A stretch of DNA of 64,000 nucleotides from a virus, in IMG/VR virus record IMGVR_UViG_3300046514_000653, positions 1 through 64,000 of that record, one strand, 5' to 3'. Under the pieces are notes generated by a model. That model had not been told where the DNA came from. It saw only the letters and a list, made by a program, of their open reading frames with translations, and made no database searches. Of this stretch, positions 8,852 through 18,042 are shown one piece after another. Made by a program: the position numbers and the translations under genes. The number at the start of each line of letters is the position of its first letter. Position 1 is the stretch's first letter.

Positions 8852-9157
8852 ATGAGATACAACGAATACACACATGTTCGACTGCGCTATGATCAGCACC
8901 AGATTATAAAGAGACTCTCCGCATTTTGGCGAAAACCGCTAAATGTCACTATAGCGCTACTTTTGGAGGAGCCTCTTAAAGACGCAGTCAGAGTCATGAA
9001 TCTGTGCCAGGAAATCGACAATTGGCCGGAGCAGACTATTGGGTCGATTACTGTAACAAACCCGGCCGAAGCGTACGAGGTAAATGACACGGAGACGCAG
9101 GAGTTGGAGGAACGGATAAAGCAAACGATGAAGCAGAGGATGAAGGGGTCACAATGA
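8852..9157 (+). CDS. hypothetical protein, possibly ribbon-helix-helix
   Basis: ATG at 8852; YTHVRL strand followed by two helices. Confidence 0.55.
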   Translation: MRYNEYTHVRLRYDQHQIIKRLSAFWRKPLNVTIALLLEEPLKDAVRVMNLCQEIDNWPEQTIGSITVTNPAEAYEVNDTETQELEERIKQTMKQRMKGSQ

Positions 9158-9561
9158 GCAAAGAGAAGCGGAAGCAGGCCGGGCGGATCATCTGGATGGA
9201 CGCGCAGGTCCATGCAGAGCTGAAGGTCATCGCTGCGCACCAGGGGGTGACGATGCAGGATATTGTCAACATCGCTGTGCAGTCGTACGTGAGTGAAGCC
9301 AGGGAAGAGATGTTGAAGGATCTGGCGAAGGAAGCGGCAGCGTCGAGAGTAGTAGCCGCGGCTGAGAAGATCGTGGTGCAAACTGTGACTGAGAGCAAAG
9401 AGGAGAGAAGCGAGAAGTTCAACACCGAGCTGGAACGACGCCGGAGGAATATGATCGAGAAGTTCGCGCAGTTCGCTAAGTTCAGCAAGAAGACTTTTGC
9501 GGATACTGAGGCGGTGTGGGAAGCCAATGAACGGAAACTGATGAAAGAGACCGGCTGGTAA
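9154..9561 (+). CDS. ribbon-helix-helix DNA-binding protein
   Basis: RIIWMDAQVHAELKVIAAHQGVTMQDIVNIAVQSY fits the RHH pattern. Confidence 0.65.
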   Translation: MSKEKRKQAGRIIWMDAQVHAELKVIAAHQGVTMQDIVNIAVQSYVSEAREEMLKDLAKEAAASRVVAAAEKIVVQTVTESKEERSEKFNTELERRRRNMIEKFAQFAKFSKKTFADTEAVWEANERKLMKETGW

Positions 9562-9589
9562 CTAGCGCTAACGTCCGCACGTTTTGTTG

Positions 9590-9619
9590 TTGACAAAATC
9601 ACGAGAACTGGAGTAAGCT
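9590..9619 (+). promoter_or_regulatory. sigma70-type promoter
   Basis: GTTGTTGACAAA; TTGACA-18 bp-TAAGCT. Confidence 0.6.
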
Positions 9620-9682
9620 CTTCCTGTGATCCCAATTGTAGTTCTTGTCAAACGCTACTGAACTGCGGTATGATCTCCACCG

Positions 9683-9976
9683 ATGGGAAAAGAAACCAAA
9701 ATCAAACGAGCGTTGATCCGCAGCCTAGCGGACGGGAAGCGTCGCACCGGAGCGCCGGCAAGTGGATTGTTTCCGGAAGTCAGTCGAGTCGCGCTGGCTC
9801 AAGAGCTGCAGGGGCAGGGGTTGCAGATCGACGAGTCGACCATCTCTTACATCCTCTCTGGCAGGCATAGGCCGAAGTATGATGTGCTGACCCGGATGGC
9901 CGGGCAGTTGGGGGTGGGTGTGGAAGAACTGCATCAGTTGCTCGAATCTAAAAGAGCCGAGCGGCAAAGAAGCTGA
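9683..9976 (+). CDS. XRE/Cro-like helix-turn-helix regulator
   Basis: SRVALAQEL...IDESTISYILSGRHRPKYDVLTRMAGQLGVGVEEL. Confidence 0.85.
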   Translation: MGKETKIKRALIRSLADGKRRTGAPASGLFPEVSRVALAQELQGQGLQIDESTISYILSGRHRPKYDVLTRMAGQLGVGVEELHQLLESKRAERQRS

Positions 9977-10033
9977 AGTTTGGGTAGTACAAGTTCGCAA
10001 GTCCGCAAATCACACAGGGAGAATTGAATTCAA

Positions 10034-11263
10034 ATGAGCGATAAGGAGCAAGCAATGAGCAAAGGCGTCGGAACCAATCCAGTGCCACCGAAAGCAGAAG
10101 AAGATAATCCGCGGTATGTCGACATGGACGTTGATCCAGCAGACGTACTGATCGATCCGGATATTAAGGCGCTGCGTCAGTGGACGGGTGAGAGCAGGCA
10201 GGAAGGCACGATTAAGGAACTGGCTGACTCGATCATCGAGACCGGACAGTTGCAGCGCTGCGTCGCCTGGATGACGCCGGATGGGATTAGTTTGATCATC
10301 GGCAATCGGCGGCTGGAAGCGGTGAAGCTGGCGCGGGAAGAGGGCAATATGGATATCTTCCTGGAGATCAAGATCGACAATGAGGTGCAGAGCAAAGAGC
10401 AGGCCGTGAAGATGGCCATGGATGAGAACCGGCGACGCGAGCAGTTCACCGAGTTCGAGCTTTGCACGCACATCCCGTTTGTACGTACGTTGCTGAAGGC
10501 GGAAGGCAAGAAGGGGACTAAACAGGTCGCGGATTTCATCGGCATCGATCCGGCTACGGTGACGCAGTACGAACGTCTGCTGGCCGCGCCTCAGGAGTTG
10601 CAGGACAGTGTGCGGACAGGGCGGATGACTGTCACGGCCGCGCTGGAGACGTTGACCAGCAAGCCGGAGACGGTCAAGCAGGTGTCGGAGACTGCGCATA
10701 AGGCGGCAGAGGCGCGCGCGGAGAAGCAGACCAAGGAGAAGGAGAAGAAGGAAAAGGAGAAGGCGGCGAAAGAAGGGGCCAAGCCGAAGAAGGTCACTCC
10801 GGTTAAGCCGGTTACTACGACTACGGACGTGCGCCGGGCTCAGCGGAAGGTCGCTGGCGCGTTGAGTAAGCCTAAGGCTCCACGTGGGACCGAGTGGGCG
10901 GACTTCTTCCTGGAACGTAGCGGACCGGCCAATCCGCCGATCCTTGCGCAATTCGCCAGCATCATGGCTGACTGGGGTAGTGCGAAAGCCACGGACGCGC
11001 AGGCGGAGGAAGCCTGGAAGACGATTGTGCAGGCCATGAAGTCGGCGGGGATCGCGGACAAGCCCGCGCCGGAGTTGAAGGAGAAGGGGCCGGAGGGGAA
11101 GAAGAAGGCGGAGAAGGCAGTGAAAGCGCCGAAAGCTCCTAAGGCACCTGCACCTAAGAAGGCCGCGGTGAAGACGGCGGCGAAGAAGGCTCCTGCAAAA
11201 GTGGCGGCGAAGAAAGCGCCTGCGGCCAAGAAGACTCCGGTCAAATCGGCCAAAAAGAAGTAG
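10034..11263 (+). CDS. ParB-like protein (ParB/Srx N-domain, HTH, Lys/Ala/Pro-rich histone H1-like tail)
   Basis: IKELADSIIETGQLQ, IIGNRRLEA (arginine patch), MDENRRRE, HTH TKQVADFIGIDPATVTQYERLL; about 60-aa KAP/AAKK tail. Confidence 0.85.
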   Translation: MSDKEQAMSKGVGTNPVPPKAEEDNPRYVDMDVDPADVLIDPDIKALRQWTGESRQEGTIKELADSIIETGQLQRCVAWMTPDGISLIIGNRRLEAVKLAREEGNMDIFLEIKIDNEVQSKEQAVKMAMDENRRREQFTEFELCTHIPFVRTLLKAEGKKGTKQVADFIGIDPATVTQYERLLAAPQELQDSVRTGRMTVTAALETLTSKPETVKQVSETAHKAAEARAEKQTKEKEKKEKEKAAKEGAKPKKVTPVKPVTTTTDVRRAQRKVAGALSKPKAPRGTEWADFFLERSGPANPPILAQFASIMADWGSAKATDAQAEEAWKTIVQAMKSAGIADKPAPELKEKGPEGKKKAEKAVKAPKAPKAPAPKKAAVKTAAKKAPAKVAAKKAPAAKKTPVKSAKKK

Positions 11264-11353
11264 GGAAAGAACCGGGCATTATACTTATAGATTCCGGCAG
11301 GAGTTCTATGTGTAAAGTTCCAGGGGATTTCAGTCAGCCAGGAGTGTGGCCGC

Positions 11354-12607
11354 TTGCCGTCACACTCCACACCTAAACGACGAAGCGGACGAGGCGCTCT
11401 CCTCTCCGCTTCCAAACTCACTAACCCGGAGACGCCGATCTACCAGTTAGCCGCGAACTTCCAGAATTATATGCACCTGCCTGATCCGAGTCTGTTGTAT
11501 GTAACGCTCGGGACGATGGCGGGGAATATGATTGAGGGGATTCCTATTTGGACGATGTTGATCGGACAATCGGGAAGCGGCAAGACAAAGATGCTCAAGA
11601 GCCTCTTGAAACTGCCGCGGGTAGTGGCAGTTGGAAGTATGAAGGGGGAAGCGAGCTTTCTAAGCGGGACCAGTCGACGTGAGAAAGCCAAAGACGCAAC
11701 CGGAGGAGTGCTCAACAAACTCGGCGACAACGGGTGTATTGCGTACATGGACTTCACCACCTTGATCAGCAAGGGGGAGAATGTCGTGAACGAGATCCTG
11801 GGAGCGCTGAGAGAGTTGTTCGACGAGACGTACCAGAGAGAAGTCGGTACTGAGGGTGGTCGGACGATTGAGCACAAAGGCCGGGTGAATTTAATCGCAG
11901 GATGCACGCCTGCTATTGATCGTGCTGCGGAGGTGAATGGCGAGATGGGGCAGAGGACTCTGTACTATCGATTGCCGAAAACCAGCGGGTATCAGGAATC
12001 GAGCAGTGCGCTCCGCAGTAAGAACATCAAGCAGGACACTGAAGACATGCAGGACATGGTTGCGTCCATGTTCTATGCGCTCGATCTGACTATGGAGAAG
12101 GTCAGTGTACGGCGCGAGATGAACGTGACGGAGGTGGATAGGGTCGTGAGCCTCGCTATGGTCGGCTGTACGCTGCGTGGGACGATCCCAAGACACTGGA
12201 AGAACCGGGAAGTAGATGACGTCGCGGCCGTGGAGGTGGCAAGCCGGTATAGCCAGCAGCTTGGGCAGTTGTTCTTAGGAATGGAAGCGCTGGGACTCGA
12301 TGAGCCCGATTGCTGGGAAGTGTTGGAGAAGATTATTCTCGACGGGATGCCGCAGATCAGACGCGCGGCTCTGCAGGCGGTGATTGACGGGAAAGCAAAC
12401 GGCGGGATGAGGGTGAGCACGGCCGCGGTAAGCCGGGTGGTGAAAGTTAGTGAGAGTGCGGCGAGCAGGACTCTGGAGGATTTGTACATTCTCGGGGTGG
12501 TGGAGAGAATGACCGCGGTGTCCGGGGAGAGCGGGAAAAAGCTTGAGAGTTGGAAATTGACCGACTGGGCGGAAGAGAGATTTAAGAAAGTAGGAGTGGA
12601 GGGATGA
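11354..12607 (+). CDS. AAA+ ATPase, probable replicative helicase (MCM-like) with C-terminal winged helix
   Basis: Walker A LIGQSGSGKT; GGVL..IAYMDFTT; LRELFD; NLIAGCTP; C-terminal HTH; start uncertain. Confidence 0.65.
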   Translation: MPSHSTPKRRSGRGALLSASKLTNPETPIYQLAANFQNYMHLPDPSLLYVTLGTMAGNMIEGIPIWTMLIGQSGSGKTKMLKSLLKLPRVVAVGSMKGEASFLSGTSRREKAKDATGGVLNKLGDNGCIAYMDFTTLISKGENVVNEILGALRELFDETYQREVGTEGGRTIEHKGRVNLIAGCTPAIDRAAEVNGEMGQRTLYYRLPKTSGYQESSSALRSKNIKQDTEDMQDMVASMFYALDLTMEKVSVRREMNVTEVDRVVSLAMVGCTLRGTIPRHWKNREVDDVAAVEVASRYSQQLGQLFLGMEALGLDEPDCWEVLEKIILDGMPQIRRAALQAVIDGKANGGMRVSTAAVSRVVKVSESAASRTLEDLYILGVVERMTAVSGESGKKLESWKLTDWAEERFKKVGVEG

Positions 12608-12849
12608 GTCAAAAAACAGTAGTCAAACAGAGTGAGCATCTTTCATTTATTGTTGGTAATAATGCAACACGACGCATTCTAGCCTCCTTTAAACTTAATA
12701 GAATTCAAACAGTAGAGCTTGAAACTTACTTAACAGAAAACGGCGTATCTCTCAGCGCTATGCTCCGTCGCGTTGTGCAACGGGAGTTGTCGGAGAAATC
12801 GATTCAATATACAAAACCCGACGAAAGAAAAGAGGAAAGCAAGACATGA
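12604..12849 (+). CDS. small RHH-like protein
   Basis: ASFKLN..ELETYLTENGVSLSAMLRRVV; AT-richer than its neighbours. Confidence 0.5.
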   Translation: MSQKTVVKQSEHLSFIVGNNATRRILASFKLNRIQTVELETYLTENGVSLSAMLRRVVQRELSEKSIQYTKPDERKEESKT

Positions 12850-13046
12850 ACGGACAGGACCGTGGACAGCCGATTGAGATCAGTAACGGCGCCAATCTGA
12901 AGACCCGGCATGCAGACGGGAAAGTGTATCTGGAAGTCTGGATGGGCGGCGTGATCGTGACTGAGTATGAGCTGGAGCCAAAGGAAGCGATGCGGCTTTC
13001 TTTGGAGCTGGAGTATGGGGAGTTGGGTGGAGGGATCATTTTGTGA
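12846..13046 (+). CDS. hypothetical protein
   Basis: overlapping start/stop coupling at both ends. Confidence 0.6.
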   Translation: MNGQDRGQPIEISNGANLKTRHADGKVYLEVWMGGVIVTEYELEPKEAMRLSLELEYGELGGGIIL

Positions 13047-13525
13047 AGCTGCGCAAAGGAAACATGTTCGAGTCGCGCGCCGAGCTAGTGCTAGTAACTA
13101 CCAATGCCATGGTAAGAGCCAATGGAAGTCTAGTCATGGGCAGAGGAGCGGCGAAGGAGTTGGTGGATAGGTTTCCAAGGATCGACCGGGACTTCGGGTC
13201 GATACTGCGTATGTCCAGTCTTGTCGGCAAGACTTACGGTGTGATGATTCTCGGAAAAAACTTCCCACTGAAAGATCTAGATTCTATTTTCCACTGCAAA
13301 TTTGGAGTCTTCCAGGTCAAGTATCACTGGAAGGACAAAGCGAGTTTGAACCTGATCCACAATTCAGTCGAGCGGCTGTGTGAATTGATCGACGGAAATT
13401 CGGCACAGAGTTATAGAATCTCTCTGAACTTTCCGGGGATTGGGAATGGAAGGTTGACGAGAGAGCAGGTGATGCCGTATATCGAGAAGCTTCCGGACAA
13501 CGTAACTGTCTGGGAAAAAGAATAA
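13043..13525 (+). CDS. macrodomain (Appr-1''-p processing / ADP-ribose-binding) protein
   Basis: KGNMF, VTTNA, VMGRGAAKEL, FQVKYHWK, FPGIGNGRL. Confidence 0.85.
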   Translation: MKLRKGNMFESRAELVLVTTNAMVRANGSLVMGRGAAKELVDRFPRIDRDFGSILRMSSLVGKTYGVMILGKNFPLKDLDSIFHCKFGVFQVKYHWKDKASLNLIHNSVERLCELIDGNSAQSYRISLNFPGIGNGRLTREQVMPYIEKLPDNVTVWEKE

Positions 13526-13537
13526 GACAGTCAGTCA

Positions 13538-15184
13538 ATGCTTGAAGACCTTACGCCAGCAGACCTAGGATTGCCGAAGAAGTTCACCGAGTTCCGGCCG
13601 ATTCAGGACTCCATGGTCCAGTTCGGGCTCTACGGTCAGAACGACAGGATCAGAAGAGTCCATGCGCTCGGCGTACCCCCTGGAGGCGGCAAGTCGGTGG
13701 GCGCCCACGCAATTGGCCGGCTGAGCGGTGGGAAGTATGCAGTGTTGACGGTCTCACTGAGTCTCTCCGATCAATATCTTGACGACGGGTTTGCGGTGAC
13801 CGACATCCGCGGCAAGAAAAACTACACGTGCTTTGCCGAGCCCGAACAAATGGGCATGAAGTTTACCGAGCCGCTCAATTGTGAGCAAGGGGAGCAGGAG
13901 GATTGTCCTTTTGCCGGGAGCGGGGATTGTCATTATCACGCGTGGGTGGGAGTAGCGAAGGAAGATCAATTCGGAATCAGTTCTAACTATCAGTACTGGA
14001 TGAGCGCCAGAAGAAATCGCGCGGCTCTTGAGGAAGAAGGCGGCGGCAATCCGATTCAAATGTTGATCGGAGATGAAGCTCACCTCATCCCTGGCGAGCT
14101 GAGCAGACATCTCGGCGCTTGGTTCTCCTCCAATACGCTGCAGTCCTTAGGTGGAGAAGCGTACCGGCACGCGCTAGGAGAGACCAAAGGCGGGGAATGG
14201 GGAAAGGTGGGTGTAGGCTGGCTCAACGCGCTGGGCAGCGCCTGTGCAAGAGCGGACAGCATCCTGGCAGAGATTGCGGATGAGTACGGAAGTGTTTATT
14301 TAGCCAATAAGAAGAGCGCGGAGTACAGGAAGCTCGACAAGATCAGGGATGCGCTCATCAGAGTTGTAAGACACGGCGGGGATAACAACTGGATTTGGCA
14401 TTGGGAAGGGAAAGGGATTAAGTTCGATTGCATCTGGCCGCGGCTGTATGCGGAGCAGTATTTGTGGCAAGGGATACCACGGATCGTGCTCATGTCCGCG
14501 ACGCTCCGTCCGAAGACGCTGAACATGCTTGGGATCAAAAGCGGGGAGAGATGGTTTAAAGAGTGGCCGAGAGTGTTTCCTGCGCACTACACGCCGATCT
14601 ACTGGGTGCCGACCGGACGGATGGGGAAGAAGGCGAGTGAGGATGAACGCGGGAAGAGTGTAGAACGGTTTGACGAGATCTTTGCGCTTTGGGGTGAGGG
14701 GGCGGGGAAGAAGGGGATCGTCCACGTGCCGAGCTATGACCTGGCTGTGTGGATGCGGGATCGGAGCAGGTTTGGAAGGAAGATGATTCTCAATGAAAAA
14801 GGGGAGGTGGGCGGGCAGACAAGAGCGGCGACGGAGTACAGAGAGAAGAAAGGTGCGTGTGCTCTTGTCAGCCCGAGCTTTACAACCGGGTATAACTTTC
14901 CTGATGAAGAGTGCGAATGGATTCACATCCCAAAGTTACCCTGGCCGTACAAAGGCGATCCGGTGGTGCAGGCAAGATGCGCGGATGATGAGACGTATTA
15001 CAATTCCGAGACCATGCAGCAATTGGTCCAGAGTTGTTTCCGCGGAACAAGGCACGACCGGGATAAATGCACGGTGATTATCACTGATGACGCAATCGGT
15101 GGATTTAGATGGTATGCGAAGGAGTACGCGCCACAGTATTTCAAGATCATGGAGAGGGCGGAAGTACCGAGACCAAGAGGCTAG
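13538..15184 (+). CDS. DinG/Rad3-family SF2 helicase
   Basis: Q-motif FRPIQ, PPGGGKS, RGKKNYTC with three further Cys (Fe-S), GDEAH, MSATL, VHVPSY, IPKLPWP, QSCFRGTRH. Confidence 0.88.
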   Translation: MLEDLTPADLGLPKKFTEFRPIQDSMVQFGLYGQNDRIRRVHALGVPPGGGKSVGAHAIGRLSGGKYAVLTVSLSLSDQYLDDGFAVTDIRGKKNYTCFAEPEQMGMKFTEPLNCEQGEQEDCPFAGSGDCHYHAWVGVAKEDQFGISSNYQYWMSARRNRAALEEEGGGNPIQMLIGDEAHLIPGELSRHLGAWFSSNTLQSLGGEAYRHALGETKGGEWGKVGVGWLNALGSACARADSILAEIADEYGSVYLANKKSAEYRKLDKIRDALIRVVRHGGDNNWIWHWEGKGIKFDCIWPRLYAEQYLWQGIPRIVLMSATLRPKTLNMLGIKSGERWFKEWPRVFPAHYTPIYWVPTGRMGKKASEDERGKSVERFDEIFALWGEGAGKKGIVHVPSYDLAVWMRDRSRFGRKMILNEKGEVGGQTRAATEYREKKGACALVSPSFTTGYNFPDEECEWIHIPKLPWPYKGDPVVQARCADDETYYNSETMQQLVQSCFRGTRHDRDKCTVIITDDAIGGFRWYAKEYAPQYFKIMERAEVPRPRG

Positions 15185-15194
15185 AGGCTAACAA

Positions 15195-15452
15195 ATGAGC
15201 GACAGAAAACAATACCCGGATGTCAAAAGCTCTGTAGTGAAAGGAGATGTGATCAGTTTATTTCGTGATAACGACACACGCACATACAGACTGTTTGTAA
15301 GTAAGGAATGGAAAGAGATTCCTCCAAATAAATTTTCATTTGACAGATGTGAGTGTTGTGACCTTTCACTTGAGGATCTCCGTCAGTTGTCGGCACGTAT
15401 CGATGAAATTGTTTTAGCACATGAGGAATGGCGTCCTTTAGAAGACGATTGA
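15195..15452 (+). CDS. hypothetical protein
   Basis: 85-aa ORF with GAGG RBS. Confidence 0.6.
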   Translation: MSDRKQYPDVKSSVVKGDVISLFRDNDTRTYRLFVSKEWKEIPPNKFSFDRCECCDLSLEDLRQLSARIDEIVLAHEEWRPLEDD

Positions 15453-15478
15453 CTTTGTTATACGACATACACTATACT
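15449..15478 (+). promoter_or_regulatory. sigma70-type promoter, probably leaderless
   Basis: TTGACT-18 bp-TATACT; ATG 7 nt downstream with no SD. Confidence 0.65.
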
Positions 15479-15485
15479 TCACCTC

Positions 15486-15704
15486 ATGGCTGAGAATCGG
15501 GTGCGGGAATCGCACCGTAAATCAAATGGGAAAAGTAAGCAGCCGGTGGAGAAAGCCGTGAAACCGCGGAATAAGATTTTCGCATTACGGCTCAGTCCGG
15601 AAGAATTCAAGCTGTTGTCTAACAGAGCCAGGAAGAGTCAGTCGAGTAGTCTCTCGGCTTATCTTCGTGGCCTTGCTGGGCTCAGCGAGACGGCGGCGGT
15701 GTAA
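15486..15704 (+). CDS. RHH (MobC/NikA-like) DNA-binding protein
   Basis: RNKIFALRLSPEEFKLLSNRARKS..SLSAYLRGLA. Confidence 0.7.
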   Translation: MAENRVRESHRKSNGKSKQPVEKAVKPRNKIFALRLSPEEFKLLSNRARKSQSSSLSAYLRGLAGLSETAAV

Positions 15705-15816
15705 GAGGCAAGAACAGACAAGGGAGTACCACCCAAGTCAGAGGTTGTAGTTAAGAGTTTGTAGTTGAAAGTAGTTCATTCGTTCGAATTTCAAAACAGG
15801 AGAATCGGAAAGACAA

Positions 15817-16758
15817 ATGGCAAGAGCAGGATTTGCACCAGAACAGACAAAGCTCGGCGGAAGTAATTTCAAATTTGCAGCAGGCAAAGGTGAGATTATC
15901 AACGCCGAGGTTGGACTGGATACAGGCGGCGGCGATGAATTGAAGTGCGGAATGTTCCTCACCTTCCAGCGGCTGGACAAGGATTGGAACGCAACCGAAG
16001 AAGAGCCGGTGACCGAGTTCTTGAGCTTCGGCAAAACGCACTTCATCAAGGACGGGGATGAGGTTGAGCTGTTCCATCCCGGCCAAGCGAAGGGTCCGGA
16101 CGATGATGACCCGAAAGATCTCGGCCGCGAGGAATCGGCGATGGGCAATTGTCTCTGGTCCGGAGACGAGACGTTCATGATCGACAAACGCAGCAAGTCG
16201 GCGATCTTCGGGGAGAGTCTGGTCAAGCACGGCTTCCCGAGCGACAAACTGAACGGGTACATGCCCAATCTGATCGGGATCAAGGCGGAGTTTTACCAAG
16301 CGCCGCAACAGAAGCAAGAGGGGAAAGAGTACAAGAACGACCCGACCTGCATTTCGGTGAAAGAGAAGTTGATTCAGCCCGGCAAGACGGCAGGGAAAAC
16401 TACTGCGGCTGGAAAGACCGCGGCTGGAAAGCCTGCTGCGTCCGCGGCTAGCGGTAAGGTGAATGGCAAGGCGGCGGAGGGTAGCGACGCGGGCGGCAGT
16501 GAGGTTGAGGGCAGGGCTGAAGAGCTGTTGCTGATCCTCAAGAAGAAGCTGTCGTCTGCCGATGACGGTGTTGTCGTGGATCGGGCGAAGGTGAGCACGC
16601 AATTGCTCATGCTCTTCCCGAAGGAGAAGATTGGACCGGCTGTCAGTAAGCCGATCCAGGTGTTGTTCAAGAACGATGCATGGCTCACTCAGATGGCTGA
16701 GAAGCACGGCTTCGGCGTGGACGATACGCAGTTTGCATTCCCGCAGTTGGAGGGGTAG
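15817..16758 (+). CDS. hypothetical protein, possibly ssDNA-binding/recombination protein
   Basis: 313 aa; AGGAG RBS; beta-rich N-domain, AAGK linker, helical C-domain; upstream of nuclease and AAA_24 genes. Confidence 0.6.
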   Translation: MARAGFAPEQTKLGGSNFKFAAGKGEIINAEVGLDTGGGDELKCGMFLTFQRLDKDWNATEEEPVTEFLSFGKTHFIKDGDEVELFHPGQAKGPDDDDPKDLGREESAMGNCLWSGDETFMIDKRSKSAIFGESLVKHGFPSDKLNGYMPNLIGIKAEFYQAPQQKQEGKEYKNDPTCISVKEKLIQPGKTAGKTTAAGKTAAGKPAASAASGKVNGKAAEGSDAGGSEVEGRAEELLLILKKKLSSADDGVVVDRAKVSTQLLMLFPKEKIGPAVSKPIQVLFKNDAWLTQMAEKHGFGVDDTQFAFPQLEG

Positions 16759-16809
16759 GTGTAAGAGCTTGGCCTGGACGGTTAAGTAAGACCAGTCTAG
16801 GTTAAGGAA

Positions 16810-16850
16810 GCGGGCGGCGTGCCTCGAACACTCGCCGCCCGTAACTTTTA
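16810..16850 (+). terminator. probable intrinsic terminator
   Basis: GCGGGCGGCG (16810-16819) / CGCCGCCCGT (16833-16842) followed by AACTTTTA. Confidence 0.55.
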
Positions 16851-16876
16851 GTGAAAGAGCAAGGGAGAGCAGTCTG

Positions 16877-17092
16877 ATGAAGCGGACATTGCGGGAGCAA
16901 TCATTAAAGACGCGCTCCGAACGTTCAGCGGCGGCAATTTACAGGTATAGGAATCTTACGAACGATAAGGATTCCACGTCTATATTTTTCGCGCTTCACA
17001 ATGCCGTTATGGCAGGTTGGCGCATGGCCCAGCGGGACCTAAAGAAAGGCGCTCCTGTAGTCACTACCCTAAAGAAGAATAAGAAAAACTAG
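16877..17092 (+). CDS. hypothetical protein
   Basis: 71 aa; GGGAG RBS. Confidence 0.55.
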   Translation: MKRTLREQSLKTRSERSAAAIYRYRNLTNDKDSTSIFFALHNAVMAGWRMAQRDLKKGAPVVTTLKKNKKN

Positions 17093-17116
17093 TAACTAGG
17101 AATTCAAATCCCACCC

Positions 17117-17806
17117 ATGCCCACTCTCCTCTCCTGTCGCGACATCAAAATATCTTTCGCCGATCTTTACAAACGATCACCAATCACACGACCTAAAGAT
17201 CCACTCGAACGTTATCCCGGTGCTCATCAGTCCGATATCCTTACATACTGCGCGGTCATTGCGAAATACCTCAAGCCCGGCGAGAAGCTGGAAGAGGACA
17301 TGCCAGAGCGAATGCTCATGGGCCTTATGTTCGAGGAGTTCTTTTTCTCGCTACTGCTTGCCATCGTCGAGTTAGAAATGGCTTGGCAACCGGGAGAGAA
17401 AGTAGAGGATGAGATCGCTTGTAACTGCGACGGGATCGGATGGTTGAAAGAAACGTTTGTACTCGAAAAGCCTAAAGACGGAAAGCTTAAATGGCTGATT
17501 GCCGAGTATGCGATTTGGGAAACGAAGTGTACGGAGAAAAAGGCGCGAACGGCTGAAGAGTTTTTGCAGGAGTTCGTGTACATGCAGCAGGGGCGGTCGT
17601 ACTGTAAGACGTACGGCTGTAATGTAGTCCGCTGGATCATCTGGTTTTACCGCGGGAATTACGACGGGAAGGGACCGGTGTGCAGAGAGTACACTGTGCA
17701 TTTCAGTGATAAGGAGATCGAGGATACTTGGACGATGATGAAAAAGAATAAGGACGATGCAATGGAGTACAAGAAACAAATGGAAGCGAAGGGGACTGCC
17801 GCGTGA
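17117..17806 (+). CDS. PD-(D/E)XK exonuclease (Cas4/RecB-like)
   Basis: HQSD, GLMFEE, CNCDG, IWETKCT, QGRSYC. Confidence 0.75.
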   Translation: MPTLLSCRDIKISFADLYKRSPITRPKDPLERYPGAHQSDILTYCAVIAKYLKPGEKLEEDMPERMLMGLMFEEFFFSLLLAIVELEMAWQPGEKVEDEIACNCDGIGWLKETFVLEKPKDGKLKWLIAEYAIWETKCTEKKARTAEEFLQEFVYMQQGRSYCKTYGCNVVRWIIWFYRGNYDGKGPVCREYTVHFSDKEIEDTWTMMKKNKDDAMEYKKQMEAKGTAA

Positions 17807-18042
17807 CTAAAGACGAGATGCTTCGCGCGGAAATCCACCTAAATTCTCCAATCATGTTCTCTGCTGAGAATCTCCATCGTGATTTAAAGCTAGCGATGGA
17901 GTACATCAAAGAACAGCAACAATACATCGACGGTTGCAAAGAGATTCTAATTGAAGCTGGCATTGAACCGCATGCCTTGCTTGCTGTTGTTGTTACGCGT
18001 GCCGCCAACGAGATTAAGACATATAGAAAGAGGACGGCGTGA
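17803..18042 (+). CDS. hypothetical protein
   Basis: GTGA overlaps at both ends. Confidence 0.6.
   Translation: MTKDEMLRAEIHLNSPIMFSAENLHRDLKLAMEYIKEQQQYIDGCKEILIEAGIEPHALLAVVVTRAANEIKTYRKRTA

Noticed and set aside
17117-17806. Cas4 as part of a CRISPR-Cas system
   Set aside because: No array or other cas genes; the context is a phage recombination module.
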